Shown here one piece after another: positions 13,678 through 24,205 of a DNA stretch of 64,000 nt. The number at the start of each line of letters is the position of its first letter. The first letter of the stretch is position 1. Source of the stretch: Octopus vulgaris (Eukaryota). A program made the translations under genes and the position numbers. The stretch lies in the NCBI GenBank assembly GCA_951406725.2, contig OX597831.1:47554001-47618000 (forward strand). The letters are read 5' to 3'. Under the pieces are notes generated by a model. That model did not search any database. It was not told the origin of the DNA and was given only the letters and a program-made list of their open reading frames with translations.

Positions 13678-13715
13678 TCTTTCTGTTGAAGAGCGTAGGC
13701 TCGAAACGTTAAAGA
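13678..13715 (+). ncRNA. Minimal type I hammerhead ribozyme in the PLE 3' pLTR (core variant CUGUUGA)
   Basis: TCTTT-CTGTTGA-A-GAGC(gtag)GCTC-GAAA-CG-TT-AAAGA. Stem I TCTTT/AAAGA, palindromic stem III ACGT, predicted cleavage after 13710. Confidence 0.75.
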
Positions 13716-13841
13716 CTTGTTTTATTTATATTTCCTGAGCGCCATACTAATACAATTGTTTGTTTGTTTTCCACCTGCCTTCGTCTTTTGTTTATTTTCA
13801 TAAAGCTTCCCTATATATATATGTATATGTGTATATATGTG

Positions 13842-13900
<59 letters not shown>

Positions 13901-14179
13901 GAAAGTCTATGAGAATTACTTAATACAATTTTGAAGTGTAAAGGTGATGTTTTTCCAAAATTATTTTTTAAAAGAATGCTATGAACAAAAAATGTTTTTG
14001 GACATGTTCAAATATATATATATATGGGGGGGAAGGTAGGTCTGTGTGTGTGTGTGTGTGCATGTATGTCTGTGTGTGTGTGTGTGAGATAAATTTGTAT
14101 TTTCATCATCTTCATGTATGTTTGATCGTAAACAATGGCTTCTCACTGATGGTGTTGTTTGTTTGCAATTCACATTCAC

Positions 14180-14230
14180 CTTGAAAGAATGTCTGAACTT
14201 CTTGTCTTGTCTTGATATGTTGTGCAATCT
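14180..14230 (-). CDS. Candidate 51-nt internal exon
   Basis: Acceptor cttttgtttttcag, donor AAG|gtgaat, symmetric phase 1, reading IAQHIKTRQEVQTFFQ. Confidence 0.3.
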
Positions 14231-15466
14231 CTGAAAAACAAAAGTCTCCTGAATTCATACAACATGATTTGTTTCTAGTTTTCTGTGTAAAACATGTCTT
14301 GGCTGTTCATTGTTTGACAGACTAGGAGACTGTCATCTGGCTTGGAAACAAATAAAGGCTGAAACCCAATGAAGGGCATCCAGTAGCAGAAAAACTCTGC
14401 CTCAAAATATTCTCATTTGATCCATACATATATAAAGAAAACAAACATTAAACCTTTCATTAGTGTATTTATTTTGAGATGTTCTGTGTTTCCTTCCATT
14501 AATTTTAAATATAACAAAGAATTTAGTAAAAGAACTTAGTTATCATTAAGCAAGTGTTAGGAACATAAATTGTGACTAAGGTTTGGTGGAAGATTTTAAT
14601 TCAAAACATATGAAAACAAGACATTTGTACTCAGAACCAGAGCCTGTTTCAGCCAGGTTGGTAATGAAAGGGTTAAATGATGATGATGTATAATGGTAAA
14701 AATGGTGATGTTATGTTTAATATTTCTAATTTTTTTTTTAGATTTGTGTAAATTATAACATGTTAGGAGTATTTTATAGAACAATTAAAAGTGCTAGTAA
14801 ATTTGAAATGGTTTTACTTTAAATGGACACAGTATAACCAAATGGTTAAGAAGTTTGCTTCATAAGCACAAGGTCTTGGGTTCCATCCTATCATATGACA
14901 TCTTTGACAAGTGTTGGGTCAACTCAAGCTTTATGAGAGATATTGGATAGAAAAAGACTGTGTTGGTGCCTATCTGATGATAGATTCTTCTTTTAATTTA
15001 AAGGTCCAGCCTTGGTACATACTGTGCCATGTTTGTTCAGCCCTGAAAATTATATTAGTGATACATGTGTCAGTGGAATGTTGAGTTACTTATGAGGTCT
15101 GATCAAAAAGCATCAGGAATGGTGCTATGAAAAGAAAATTACAACACCTATCAATTCAGTATTTAATCTCCTTCAAAGTAGTCCCCTTCTGAAGCCACAC
15201 AGTTTAACCAGCTTTGTTTCTCTATTGATGGAAACATTCCTGGAACTCCTTTTTCGAGATAGCAAGCCTTGTCACATTTTCTTGGATTTCTTCAACATCT
15301 TGAAATCTTGTTGGGGACTACCAATGCAAAGACTGAGCCTTGGTTTCAGGTTATAACCATAGACCCATGATTCATCACCTGTTATGACTATTTTCAAAAC
15401 GTTTTCATCTTCATTATTTACATTATTTACATCCGACAGATATTTGTCCTCATCTTGTTTGTTGTT

Positions 15467-15512
15467 AACACAACATTTCGGCTGATATACCCTCCAGCCT
15501 TCTTCAGGTGAC
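15467..15512 (-). ncRNA. Type I hammerhead ribozyme (inverted copy)
   Basis: Reverse complement reads GTCAC-CTGAAGA-A-GGCTG(gagggtatat)CAGCC-GAAA-TG-TT-GTGTT. Confidence 0.78.
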
Positions 15513-15601
15513 TTGGGGAAATTTCGAACCTGGGTTCTCATTCCTAAGGTATTTTCCGATGTTATTATTATTATTATTATTATTATTATCATTATGCCCA
15601 T

Positions 15602-15674
15602 GGGCATATGGTGTAATGGTTAAGAGCACGGGCTACTAACCCCAAGATTCCGAGTTCGATTCCAAGCAGTGACC
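15602..15674 (+). promoter_or_regulatory. tRNA-derived (Ile-AAT-like) Pol III head with A and B boxes
   Basis: A box TGGTGTAATGG, B box GAGTTCGATTC, anticodon-arm-like GGG-CTACTAA-CCC, ends GGGCAT…GTGACC. Confidence 0.7.
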
Positions 15675-15685
15675 TTAACAATATC

Positions 15686-15726
<41 letters not shown>

Positions 15727-15787
15727 TAATAATAATAACATCTAAAAACACCTTAGGAATGAGAACCTAGGTTTGAAATATCCCCAA

Positions 15788-15833
15788 GACACCTGATGAA
15801 GGCTGGAGGGTATATCAGCCGAAATGTTGTGTT
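15788..15833 (+). ncRNA. Type I hammerhead ribozyme
   Basis: GACAC-CTGATGA-A-GGCTG(gagggtatat)CAGCC-GAAA-TG-TT-GTGTT. Stem III ATGT is probably CpG-decayed ACGT. Predicted cleavage after 15828. Confidence 0.82.
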
Positions 15834-18725
15834 AAGAACAAACAAGATGAGGATAAATATCTGTGGAATGTAGGTAATGTACATAATTCCTCATCTCTTA
15901 AATATAGAACTTTTTTTTCATCTTCCTTGACACAATCAAGGAAATCCTGTGCAATTGAAACCTGATCTTTTTGAGCTAACCACACTCTATATACTTTACT
16001 TCCAAACACTGCTATAAATAACAGTAGTGAGTGAGAATGTCATGACTTAGTGTGCATGTGCAGCAGAACTCAGGGTCAGTCTGTGCCAAGTGGCTTCAAT
16101 CTGCATGTTTTAGCTCTGTTACCATAGCAACAGTCCCAATATTTTTTGATCACACCTCATATATGTTAATTCATTGAGCAGGTAGTTCAGCTGATCAAAT
16201 AACTAAATACTTATCATCAAAATCAACAGTAATCCATGCATTTTATTTCCAATATCTAAAATAGAGGTGACAAACAAGTCACAATAGAAGTAAAATGTCT
16301 AGGTTTGCACTGATATTAACTAAGTGAAACAAACATATATCTTGATAATAATTTGTTTTTCTTATGAAGTTTTACTTAAATATTATCATTCATCTGCATT
16401 GTTAAGTATACAATGACACAGTCTATAAATCATTATTAAAATAATAGCAAGAGAAACAATGATATGGTGATATTGTATAAACTACCTATTTGTATTACAA
16501 AAGAAATTGGTTATAGCAAGATAAAACAGTATACTATAAAGCGTTTAGATGAACAACTTAAGAGAGACAGATTTAATGAAGTAATGAGGGTTGGGGAGAA
16601 AGTTATCATGTGATGTTACATGGATTGGAATTGAACAATATAAGAATATTAGAAATATTATTTTATGAGATAAAATTATCTAGTAAAATGATTTACTAGA
16701 TTATTTTAGTGGTTGATAAATTAATGATAATTATATTGATTTTATAAGTTTTTCTACCAGAAAAAGACAGGAAGATAATATGTATTGCACTAGATTTGTG
16801 AGTAATACAGTTTGTAGTGATTAGTAGATGTATTGAAACTGTAGAGAAATGGTATTATCTTTCAGAGATGTACTTGCCAGGCAAGTGATCTGATCTGAGA
16901 TTGTGTGTTGGAACTAAAACAATTACAGAATAGGAGAGACTTATTATTTTTCGTTTTTGGATTTGGCTTGCAAGATTCTTTTGAAAAGGTTGCAAGATGC
17001 AACAAAAATTTTGGGAAAATAAAAATAAGAAATAAGTGGAAATTTTACCGGTGAGTGTGTTAAATTATAAGGCACAAAAAGAAACTGACTCTCCCCAGAC
17101 ACAACAGAGACATATTAGCCTTTCAGAAATGCACAAAAGCTGTTACCTTCAATTAACTTTTTATTTTATTATTGTATGCCAAAATTTTCCTTGCTCTAAC
17201 TATGACCTGATCTTTAACACAGTTATTCTGCAATCCAGATCGCAGTTGGTGCAATAAAGGTTTTGATGAGAAACAATAAAAATGTTTAAGTAAAGTTAAC
17301 AGGTTCTCTGTGTTTTTGAATGGCTAATATGTGTGTTTGCTACATTGTAAAATGACAATAGCTGAAAAGAAATGGTGCAGAGAGGAACTAGATGTTTAGG
17401 TGCAGCATTGACACTTTTGATATCAACCTGGTTGAAACACCTCTGGCTCTGTAGTACAAATGTCTTGTTTTCATAAGTTTTGAATTAAAATCATCCACCA
17501 AACCTTAGTCACAATTTATGTTCCTAACACTAGCTTAATGATGTTGTCATTTGTTCATTCTCAAGCCATGCAAGTCTCATAAGGGCCGGTTTCCTGGTTT
17601 CATTGGTGTATAGGCTCCCCACCTGGACAGGACACTGGTCCATTGCAGGTGAGCTGTTAGGTGCAGGAAGAAAGAGTGAGAGAATGTTGTGGTGAAAGAG
17701 TCAGCAGAAGTTTGCCATTACCTTCTGGCAGAAGGCCACATGGAGCATAAACACACACATCACCTGGTCTGAGATTTGAACTCACGATCCCTCAACCGTG
17801 AGTCCGCTGCTCTAACTACTAAGCTATGTGCCTCTAGAGCTTAATGATAACTAAATTATTTTGCTAAATTCTTTGTTATATTTAAAATTAATTGAAAGAA
17901 ACAAAGCATCTCAAAATAAATACGGCAACAAAAAGGTTAGTATAAATGATGAATGCTATTTAGATTACCAAATTATAACTAAAATGGTGTTTGGAAACTA
18001 ATATCAAATTAGTTTCAAATTTTGACACAAGGCCAGTAATTTCAGGGGAGGAGTCTAAGTCAATTACATCGACCCCAGTATTCAACTGATATGTACTTTA
18101 TCGACTTCGAAGGGATGAAAGGTAAAGTCAACGTCAGCAGAATTTGAATGTAGAATGTTAAAATGGATGAAATGCTCCTAAGCATTTTCCTTAGTTTTCA
18201 AACGATTCTACTAGCTAGCCACATTAACATCACCATCATCATCATTTAACATCTGCTTTCCATACTGGAATGGGTTGGACGTTTTGACATGGAGTTTGCT
18301 AACAGGGAACTATCCATACCCCAACTGTCTGTTGGGACAAGGTTTCTACAACTGGATGCCCTTCTTGATGCCAACAACTTAACAGTGTGTGATGGATGTT
18401 TTTTACATGCCACTGGCACATAACCTAATTTAATATTGACTTCAAATTTTGGCACAAGGCCAGCAATTTCGGGGGTCAATTACAATGACCCCATTGTTCA
18501 TCTGGTACTTCTTTTCCTGAAAGGCAAAGTCAACACCAACAGAATTTGAATGTGGCAGAGGAGTGGCTGTGTGGTAAGTAGCTTGCTTACGAACCACATG
18601 GTTCTGGGTTCAGTCTCACTGTGTGGCACCTTGGGCAAGTGTCTTCTACTATAGCCTCGGGCTGACCAAAGCCTTGTGAGTGGATTTGGTAGACGGAAAC
18701 TGAAAGAAGCTCGTCATGTATATGC

Positions 18726-18778
<53 letters not shown>

Positions 18779-19944
18779 TGTATGTGTGTGTATATGTTTG
18801 TGTGTCTGTGTTTGTCCCCCCAACATCGCTTGACAACCGATGCTGGTGTGTTTATGTCACCGTAACTTAGCGGTTCGGCAAAAGAGATCAATAGAATAAG
18901 TACTAGGCTTACAAAGAATAAGTCCGGGCATCAAAATATTCGACTAAAGGCGGTGCTCCTGCATGGCCACAGTTACATGACTGAAACAAGTAAAAGAGGA
19001 AAAGAGTGGATGAAATTCCGCTAAACATTTTGTTCAGCATGCTAACAATTCTACCAGTTTGTCACCTTAACCTAATTTAATATTACAAGTAAGTGTGTTA
19101 ACAAGGTGTGAGAAAAACTAAAGAGTAATTTCTTACAGTAGCATATTATTAGAAATTAGAAATTTGTGATCATATGGTGTATTGGATGTGATTTAATTTA
19201 ATATTAGAAACATATGTGTGTGTCTAATATATAAGATATATTTCATTCTGATAATGATAGGATGAATTTATGTATTTACAGATAAGTGTTTATCTGTAAA
19301 TACATGGAAGTAAGCAAGTCTATGATAATTGTAATTATAAAGATAGATTAATTATAAGTATGTTCTCTTAAGATATAATTAAACATTCCTTAAGTGGGAG
19401 TTATAATTGGGGTTTGAAGGAGAGGATGCATGTCTATAAGAATTGTTGTTTTAGTCTAGTTGTCCATATGTAATGCTTAGCTAAAAATGAATGTTGAGAT
19501 AAAATGTGTAGAACATTGATGTGGAAATGGAAGTGAGGTAAGGAAGAAAGTAATAAAGAGTAAACACACACACTCACACACATCATCATCATCATCATCA
19601 TCATCATCATTTAATGTCTGTTGTCCATGCTGCATGGGTTGGATGGTTTGACTGGGCTGGCATGCTGGAACGCTGTACCAGACTCCAGTCTGATTTGGCA
19701 TGGTTTTCTATGGCTGGATGCCGTTCCCTAATGCCAGCCATTCCAAGAATGTAATGAGTGCCACCAGCACGGGTGTTATTTGCATGACTCTGGGGTGCGT
19801 TTATGTGCCACTGGCATGGATGCCATTCTGCATGACACTGATGTCTGCCACAACTGCGATTTTCCTCAGCTTGATGTATCTTCTTCTCAAATGCAACATA
19901 ATGCCAAAGGTCTTAGTCATTGCCTCTGTGAGACCCAACACTTG

Positions 19945-20424
19945 AAAGGTTCTTAATTCTTTGTCCCCGGGATTATCCTTCCAATAGATTTCATTATAGA
20001 GTGTCCTAGCTACAATATCATGTCTCATCGTTAGATAATGCCATGATGACACTTTTGAACAACTTCTTATGATGTGGGTGATATCTTCAGTATTAACTCT
20101 ACAAAGTCTGCATCATTTGTCACATTTTACTGCTTTTCCTGCATCTCTATCCCTTTTGTGCATCAGGTATTTGGTTGTTATTCCCTGTTCCTGGATTGCA
20201 AATACATGCCCTTCAAATTGGTAGTATTCTGGCTATTGGCCCATGACAGACTGCTTTGATGATCAATGCTACTGTCATCTCGAAGCTTTCTACTAATGTA
20301 TCCATGCATAGCCATCTGATCATATATGCTCATCCTTTCATCTGATGATGCATTGCAGTAGAGTCGTGCAACTTCTTCAGGCATGTATTTAAAGTTATCA
20401 GACAAGGAATTTTACTCAAGGAGC
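19945..20424 (-). mobile_element. Fragment of the same R4/Dong-like LINE (CCHC zinc knuckle and RHD motif)
   Basis: CRLCRVNTEDITHIIxSCSKVSSWHYLTMRHDIVARTLY, starting at a (TATG)n tract. Confidence 0.8.
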
Positions 20425-20460
20425 TATGTATGTATGTATGTATGTATGTATGTATGTATG

Positions 20461-21012
20461 TCAGGTCACTTTCAAGTGCTACTGGTAACATGTAACCCAG
20501 TACAACCTGTTGCATGGTCGGGTTGTTGGCGACTAAACCGGCAGCCCCACCAAGCTTGCTTGGTGAGGAGGGTGTTTATTGGACACCCTACGGAATGAAA
20601 GACAAAACCCGTCAAAGGGCGGAGGAACTCTTGAGAGTCGACGGCCATCCAGTAAATGTCTTAAGGCTGTATCATGCACGGGGACATAGAAATAATCAGA
20701 CTGAATACCTGATTGTGCGGTTAAACTATTGGGAGTGAAGGACTCCTAGCCTTTGTTAGGGCATTCTTCTAGGAGAAGGTAACTCAGGTAACTGGGATAA
20801 CTCCGGCATAAAACCTGCGGCTCAGTGGTTACCGATGATGTTGATTTGTTCTTCTTTTCGGATTATGGCTGCTGTTGCTTAGTGAGTGGGATTGACTCAA
20901 TGCACAACCTTTCCTCACTTAAAAAAAAATCTTCTTGCACAGGCATTGCACGATAACAACATTGATTAAGCTTCACACAATGGCCATACTCGATAACGAG
21001 GGGCAGCCACCA
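20461..21012 (+). mobile_element. Non-autonomous element, probably RTE-derived, within (TATG)n
   Basis: GC-richer, hairpin-rich segment with TAGGAGAAGGTAACTC, a motif seen in RTE 5' UTRs. (TATG)n on both sides. Confidence 0.5.
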
Positions 21013-21455
21013 TGTATGTATGTATGTATGTATGTATCTATGTGTGCATGTATATTTATAAGATAGCCAGCCCGACATACTAGCATATAGACATTTATAT
21101 AATTTATATACTCACCTGAATCCCTATCATTGATTTATATAGCAATAGTCATTAATCAATAACTAACATATTTGTCAGCTTAACTGGGTATAGAGTAGCT
21201 GATTAGTGAGAAATGTTAAAGTTCAACAAACTGTCATTCCTCACACAACATGTGCAAATTTTTGAACGTCAGCATTGTAAGATAAAGTCATTATATGGTG
21301 ATGCTGAAAACAGAATTATATGAGTTCACAACAATACAGTAAGAAAAGCAGAACAGCTTAATCCAAAGAAACTAGTGACAGTCTGTGTTGGCAACTGGAA
21401 AATAGTATGTTTCTATTCAAAATATTAGGTTTTTTAAATTCTTTATACCAAAAAG

Positions 21456-21790
21456 TGAAGGTACATGGCTCAGTGGTTAGAACATCAATCGGGCTCACAA
21501 TTATGAGGTAGTAAGTTCGATTCTTGGTCCTGGCTTTGTGTTGTGTTCTTGAACAAGACACTTTATTTCACGTTGCTCCAGTTCACTCAGCTGTAGAAAT
21601 GAGTTGCAATGTCATTGGTGCCAAACTGTATCGGCCTTTGCCTTTCCCTTGGATAACATCAGTGGCATGGAGAAGGGAGGCTGGTATGCATGGGCGACTG
21701 GTGATCTTCTATAAACAACCTTGCTTGGACTTGTGCCTCAGAAGGGAACTTTCTAGGTGCAATCCCATGGTCATCCAAAACTGAAGGGGT
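21456..21790 (+). mobile_element. SINE family C (tRNA head plus TGTGTTCTTGAGCAAGACACTT core), representative copy
   Basis: A box TGGCTCAGTGG and B box AAGTTCGATTC. Related copies: 483-727, 36499-36833, 37640-37955(-), 46866-47186(-). Confidence 0.8.
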
Positions 21791-22052
21791 TCTACTTTTT
21801 AGCAAAATAAATTTATTCTGGTACCATCTTTTATCCTTTACTTGTTTTAGTCATTGGACTGCAGCCATGCTGGGGCACAGCTATCGGACTTATCGAACTT
21901 TAATATGGCAAAAATTTACAACCTTCTATGCTAATACACTGCTATTATTCCTGAAAGTTGTTTTTTATACTTTCTAAAAACTGCTCAAAACTTACTGACT
22001 TCCTCAACCTGGATCCTTGGATATATTTACATGTCATTATATACATACATAA

Positions 22053-22462
22053 GCGCAGGAGTGGCTGTGTGGTAAGTAGCTTGTTTACCAACCACATGGT
22101 TCCAGGTTCAATCCCACTGCGTGGCACCTTGGGCAAGTGTCTTCTACTATAGCCTCGGGCCGACCAAAGCCTTGTGAGTGGATTTGGTAGACGGAAACTG
22201 AAAGAAGCCTGTCGTATATATGTATATATATATATGTGTGTATGTGTTTGTGTGTCTGTGATTGTCCCTAGCATTGCTTGACAACCGATGCTGGTGTGTT
22301 TACGTCCCTGTCACCTAGCGGTTCGGCAAAAGAGACCGATAGAATAAGTATTGGGCTTACAAAGAATAAGTCCTGGGGTCGATTTGCTCGACTAAAGGCG
22401 GTGCCCCAGCATGGCCGCAGTCAAATGACTGAAACAAGTAAAAAAGTAAAAGAGTAAAGAGT
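22053..22462 (+). mobile_element. tRNA-headed SINE family A (~400 bp, internal (TA)n/(TG)n), representative copy
   Basis: Head GCGCAGGAGTGGCTGTGTGGTAAG…GGTTCAATCCC, tail GAAACAAGTAAAAGAG. Other copies: 4566-4982(-), 11570-11800(-), 18554-19007, 22985-23212, 34107-34509, 34878-35352, 37960-38640, 40413-40812(-), 42836-43227, 49529-49720(-), 52208-52603, 55333-55750(-), 59230-59460(-), 60748-61146(-), 61476-61720. Confidence 0.9.
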
Positions 22463-22488
22463 AATACATACATACATGGATGCATACA

Positions 22489-22525
<37 letters not shown>

Positions 22526-22714
22526 AACAGTACTAATAAAATAGATGGGGTGAGTAAAATATTTTATTCTATAAGGTATGACATATGTTTCGTTCTGTTC
22601 TGGGTCTCTTTGGATACATCAATAAAAAAAAGTCTTACTACAGATTTTCTGATTCAGTAATCAAAACTGTGCCAGTGCTTTACTCATCTTCTATACATTT
22701 TGTATAATTTCTCC

Positions 22715-22758
<44 letters not shown>

Positions 22759-22854
22759 CGTGCTAGCGCGGAAAACGGACGTTAAACGATGATGATGATG
22801 ATATATATATATATATAAATATATAATAATAATAATAATAATCCTAAAATAATG

Positions 22855-22899
<45 letters not shown>

Positions 22900-23973
22900 T
22901 GAGGGAATATTATTCCAAACTTACAGGGAAAAATTCAATTTAGAAATACTAAATCAAATTTCACAAAATATAATATATATATTAAAAAGAAGCCCGTCGT
23001 ATATATGTATGTGTGTGTTTGTCTCCCCAACATCGCTTGACAACCGATGCTGGTGTGTTTACGTCCCCATAACTTAGCTGTTCGGCAAAAGACACAGATA
23101 GAATAAGTACTAGGCTCACAAAGAATAAGTTCTGGGGTCGATTTGCTCGACTAAAGGCGGTGCTCCAGCATGGCCGCAGTCAAATGACTGAAACAAGTAA
23201 AAGAATAAAAGAATATATATATAAATATACCAAATATATACATTTTATTTATTTACTATATGCATTTTATTTATTTACTATTTTGCATATTACTTAATCA
23301 TTGTTATATGTTTTATCTTATACTTAATCTTTCTATAATATGTAATTTTTCTAAATGTTATAATTTAATTTTTCATTATTGAATTGATAAAAGGTGTTTT
23401 TATTCTAATTTATATATATGTATATATATCATCATCATCATCATCATCGTTTAACGTCCGTTCTCCATGCTAGCATGGGTTGGACGGTTCGACCGGGGAT
23501 CTGGGAAGCCAGAAGGCTGCACCAGGCTCCGGTCTTATCTGGCAATGTTTCTACAGCTGGATGCCCTTCCTAACGCCCTTCCTTGACTAAAAAAAAAAAA
23601 AAATCTCAAAACTTCTGGAATGCACCTCATACATGGACCAACAATCCTATTGATAATTCCAAGCTGTTTGAGGAACTGCCTGTGTGTTTATAGGTCTGCT
23701 TAATCAGAGCTGAGCTGGGGCTACACAGCAAAAAGAACAGGTTTTTACATAAGTGAATGGGACACTATGGGGAGCTCAACATATTTTAAACTGTAACCTT
23801 ACACATCATACTATTAACTGTTGTGTATGGAAATATGCGGGATGGCTTTGATATATCTACAACAAGAGACTTGGATCACACACAGCCATTCAGCCATCTA
23901 CCTATATGTTGACTCAATCACGGTTGACCTGGAGCTACATAACAACACTACACTATCCATCAAAATAAATCTC

Positions 23974-23974
<1 letters not shown>

Positions 23975-24012
<38 letters not shown>

Positions 24013-24205
24013 GTTTAACGTCCGCTTTCCATGCTAGCATGGGTTGGACGGTTCAACTGGGGTCTGGCAAGCTTGAAGGCTGCACCAGGCCAGTCAGATC
24101 TGGCAGTGTTTCTACAGCTGGATGCCCTTCCTAACGCCAACCACTCCGAGAGTGTAGTGGGTGATTTTATGTGCCACCGACACAGGTGCCAGGCGAGGCT
24201 GGCAT
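23975..24205 (-). mobile_element. Family E retroposon with an (ATG)n tail, representative copy
   Basis: On the minus strand GGTTGGCGTTAGGAAGGGCATCCAGCTGTAGAAA…GGACGTTAAACGATGATGATG. Many fragments: 728-1060, 1196-1312, 18232-18420, 19582-19945, 23429-23580, 24962-25130, 26305-26510, 33960-34740, 35505-35697, 41075-41260, 41540-41762, 49153-49508, 55070-55135. Confidence 0.85.

Larger units (their letters stand above)
11836..13811 (+). mobile_element. 5'-truncated Penelope-like retroelement (Neptune/Poseidon-type), flanked by (TA)n on both sides
   Basis: RT C-terminal/thumb motifs FLDISV...HYKHTDSHSYLNFSSSHPEHTKLSIPYSQFLRLRRLCS...LRGYP are followed by a GIY-YIG domain, a pyrimidine tract, a minisatellite and a 3' pLTR with a hammerhead at 13678-13715. 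Confidence 0.93.
15413..15914 (+). mobile_element. tRNA-headed hammerhead element with an inverted 5' copy, inserted in a mariner relic
   Basis: 11-bp TSD TTTTCATCTTC at 15402-15412 and 15915-15925. Inversion centre tatgccca|tgggcata at 15600/15601. The arms carry mirror-image hammerheads. Confidence 0.85.
15093..16159 (-). mobile_element. Internally deleted mariner element
   Basis: TA-flanked TIRs TGAGGT(C/G)TGATCAAAAA…TGCTATG. Transposase remnant QDFLDCVKEDE|NVLKIVITGDESWVYGY is split by the 15413-15914 insert. Confidence 0.85.

Noticed and set aside
15602-15674. Functional tRNA gene
   Set aside because: Mismatched acceptor and T stems, an unusual ACT anticodon position, and a location inside a TSD-flanked insertion. 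Treated as a SINE head, as are the other tRNA-like heads.
19270-19305. 16-bp palindrome with a 4-nt loop
   Set aside because: Isolated, AT-rich and without associated features. Likely a local fold-back event.
22580-22650. Minus-strand GAAA-CATATG-TC (palindromic stem III with GUC)
   Set aside because: No CTGANGA core or matching stem I upstream.
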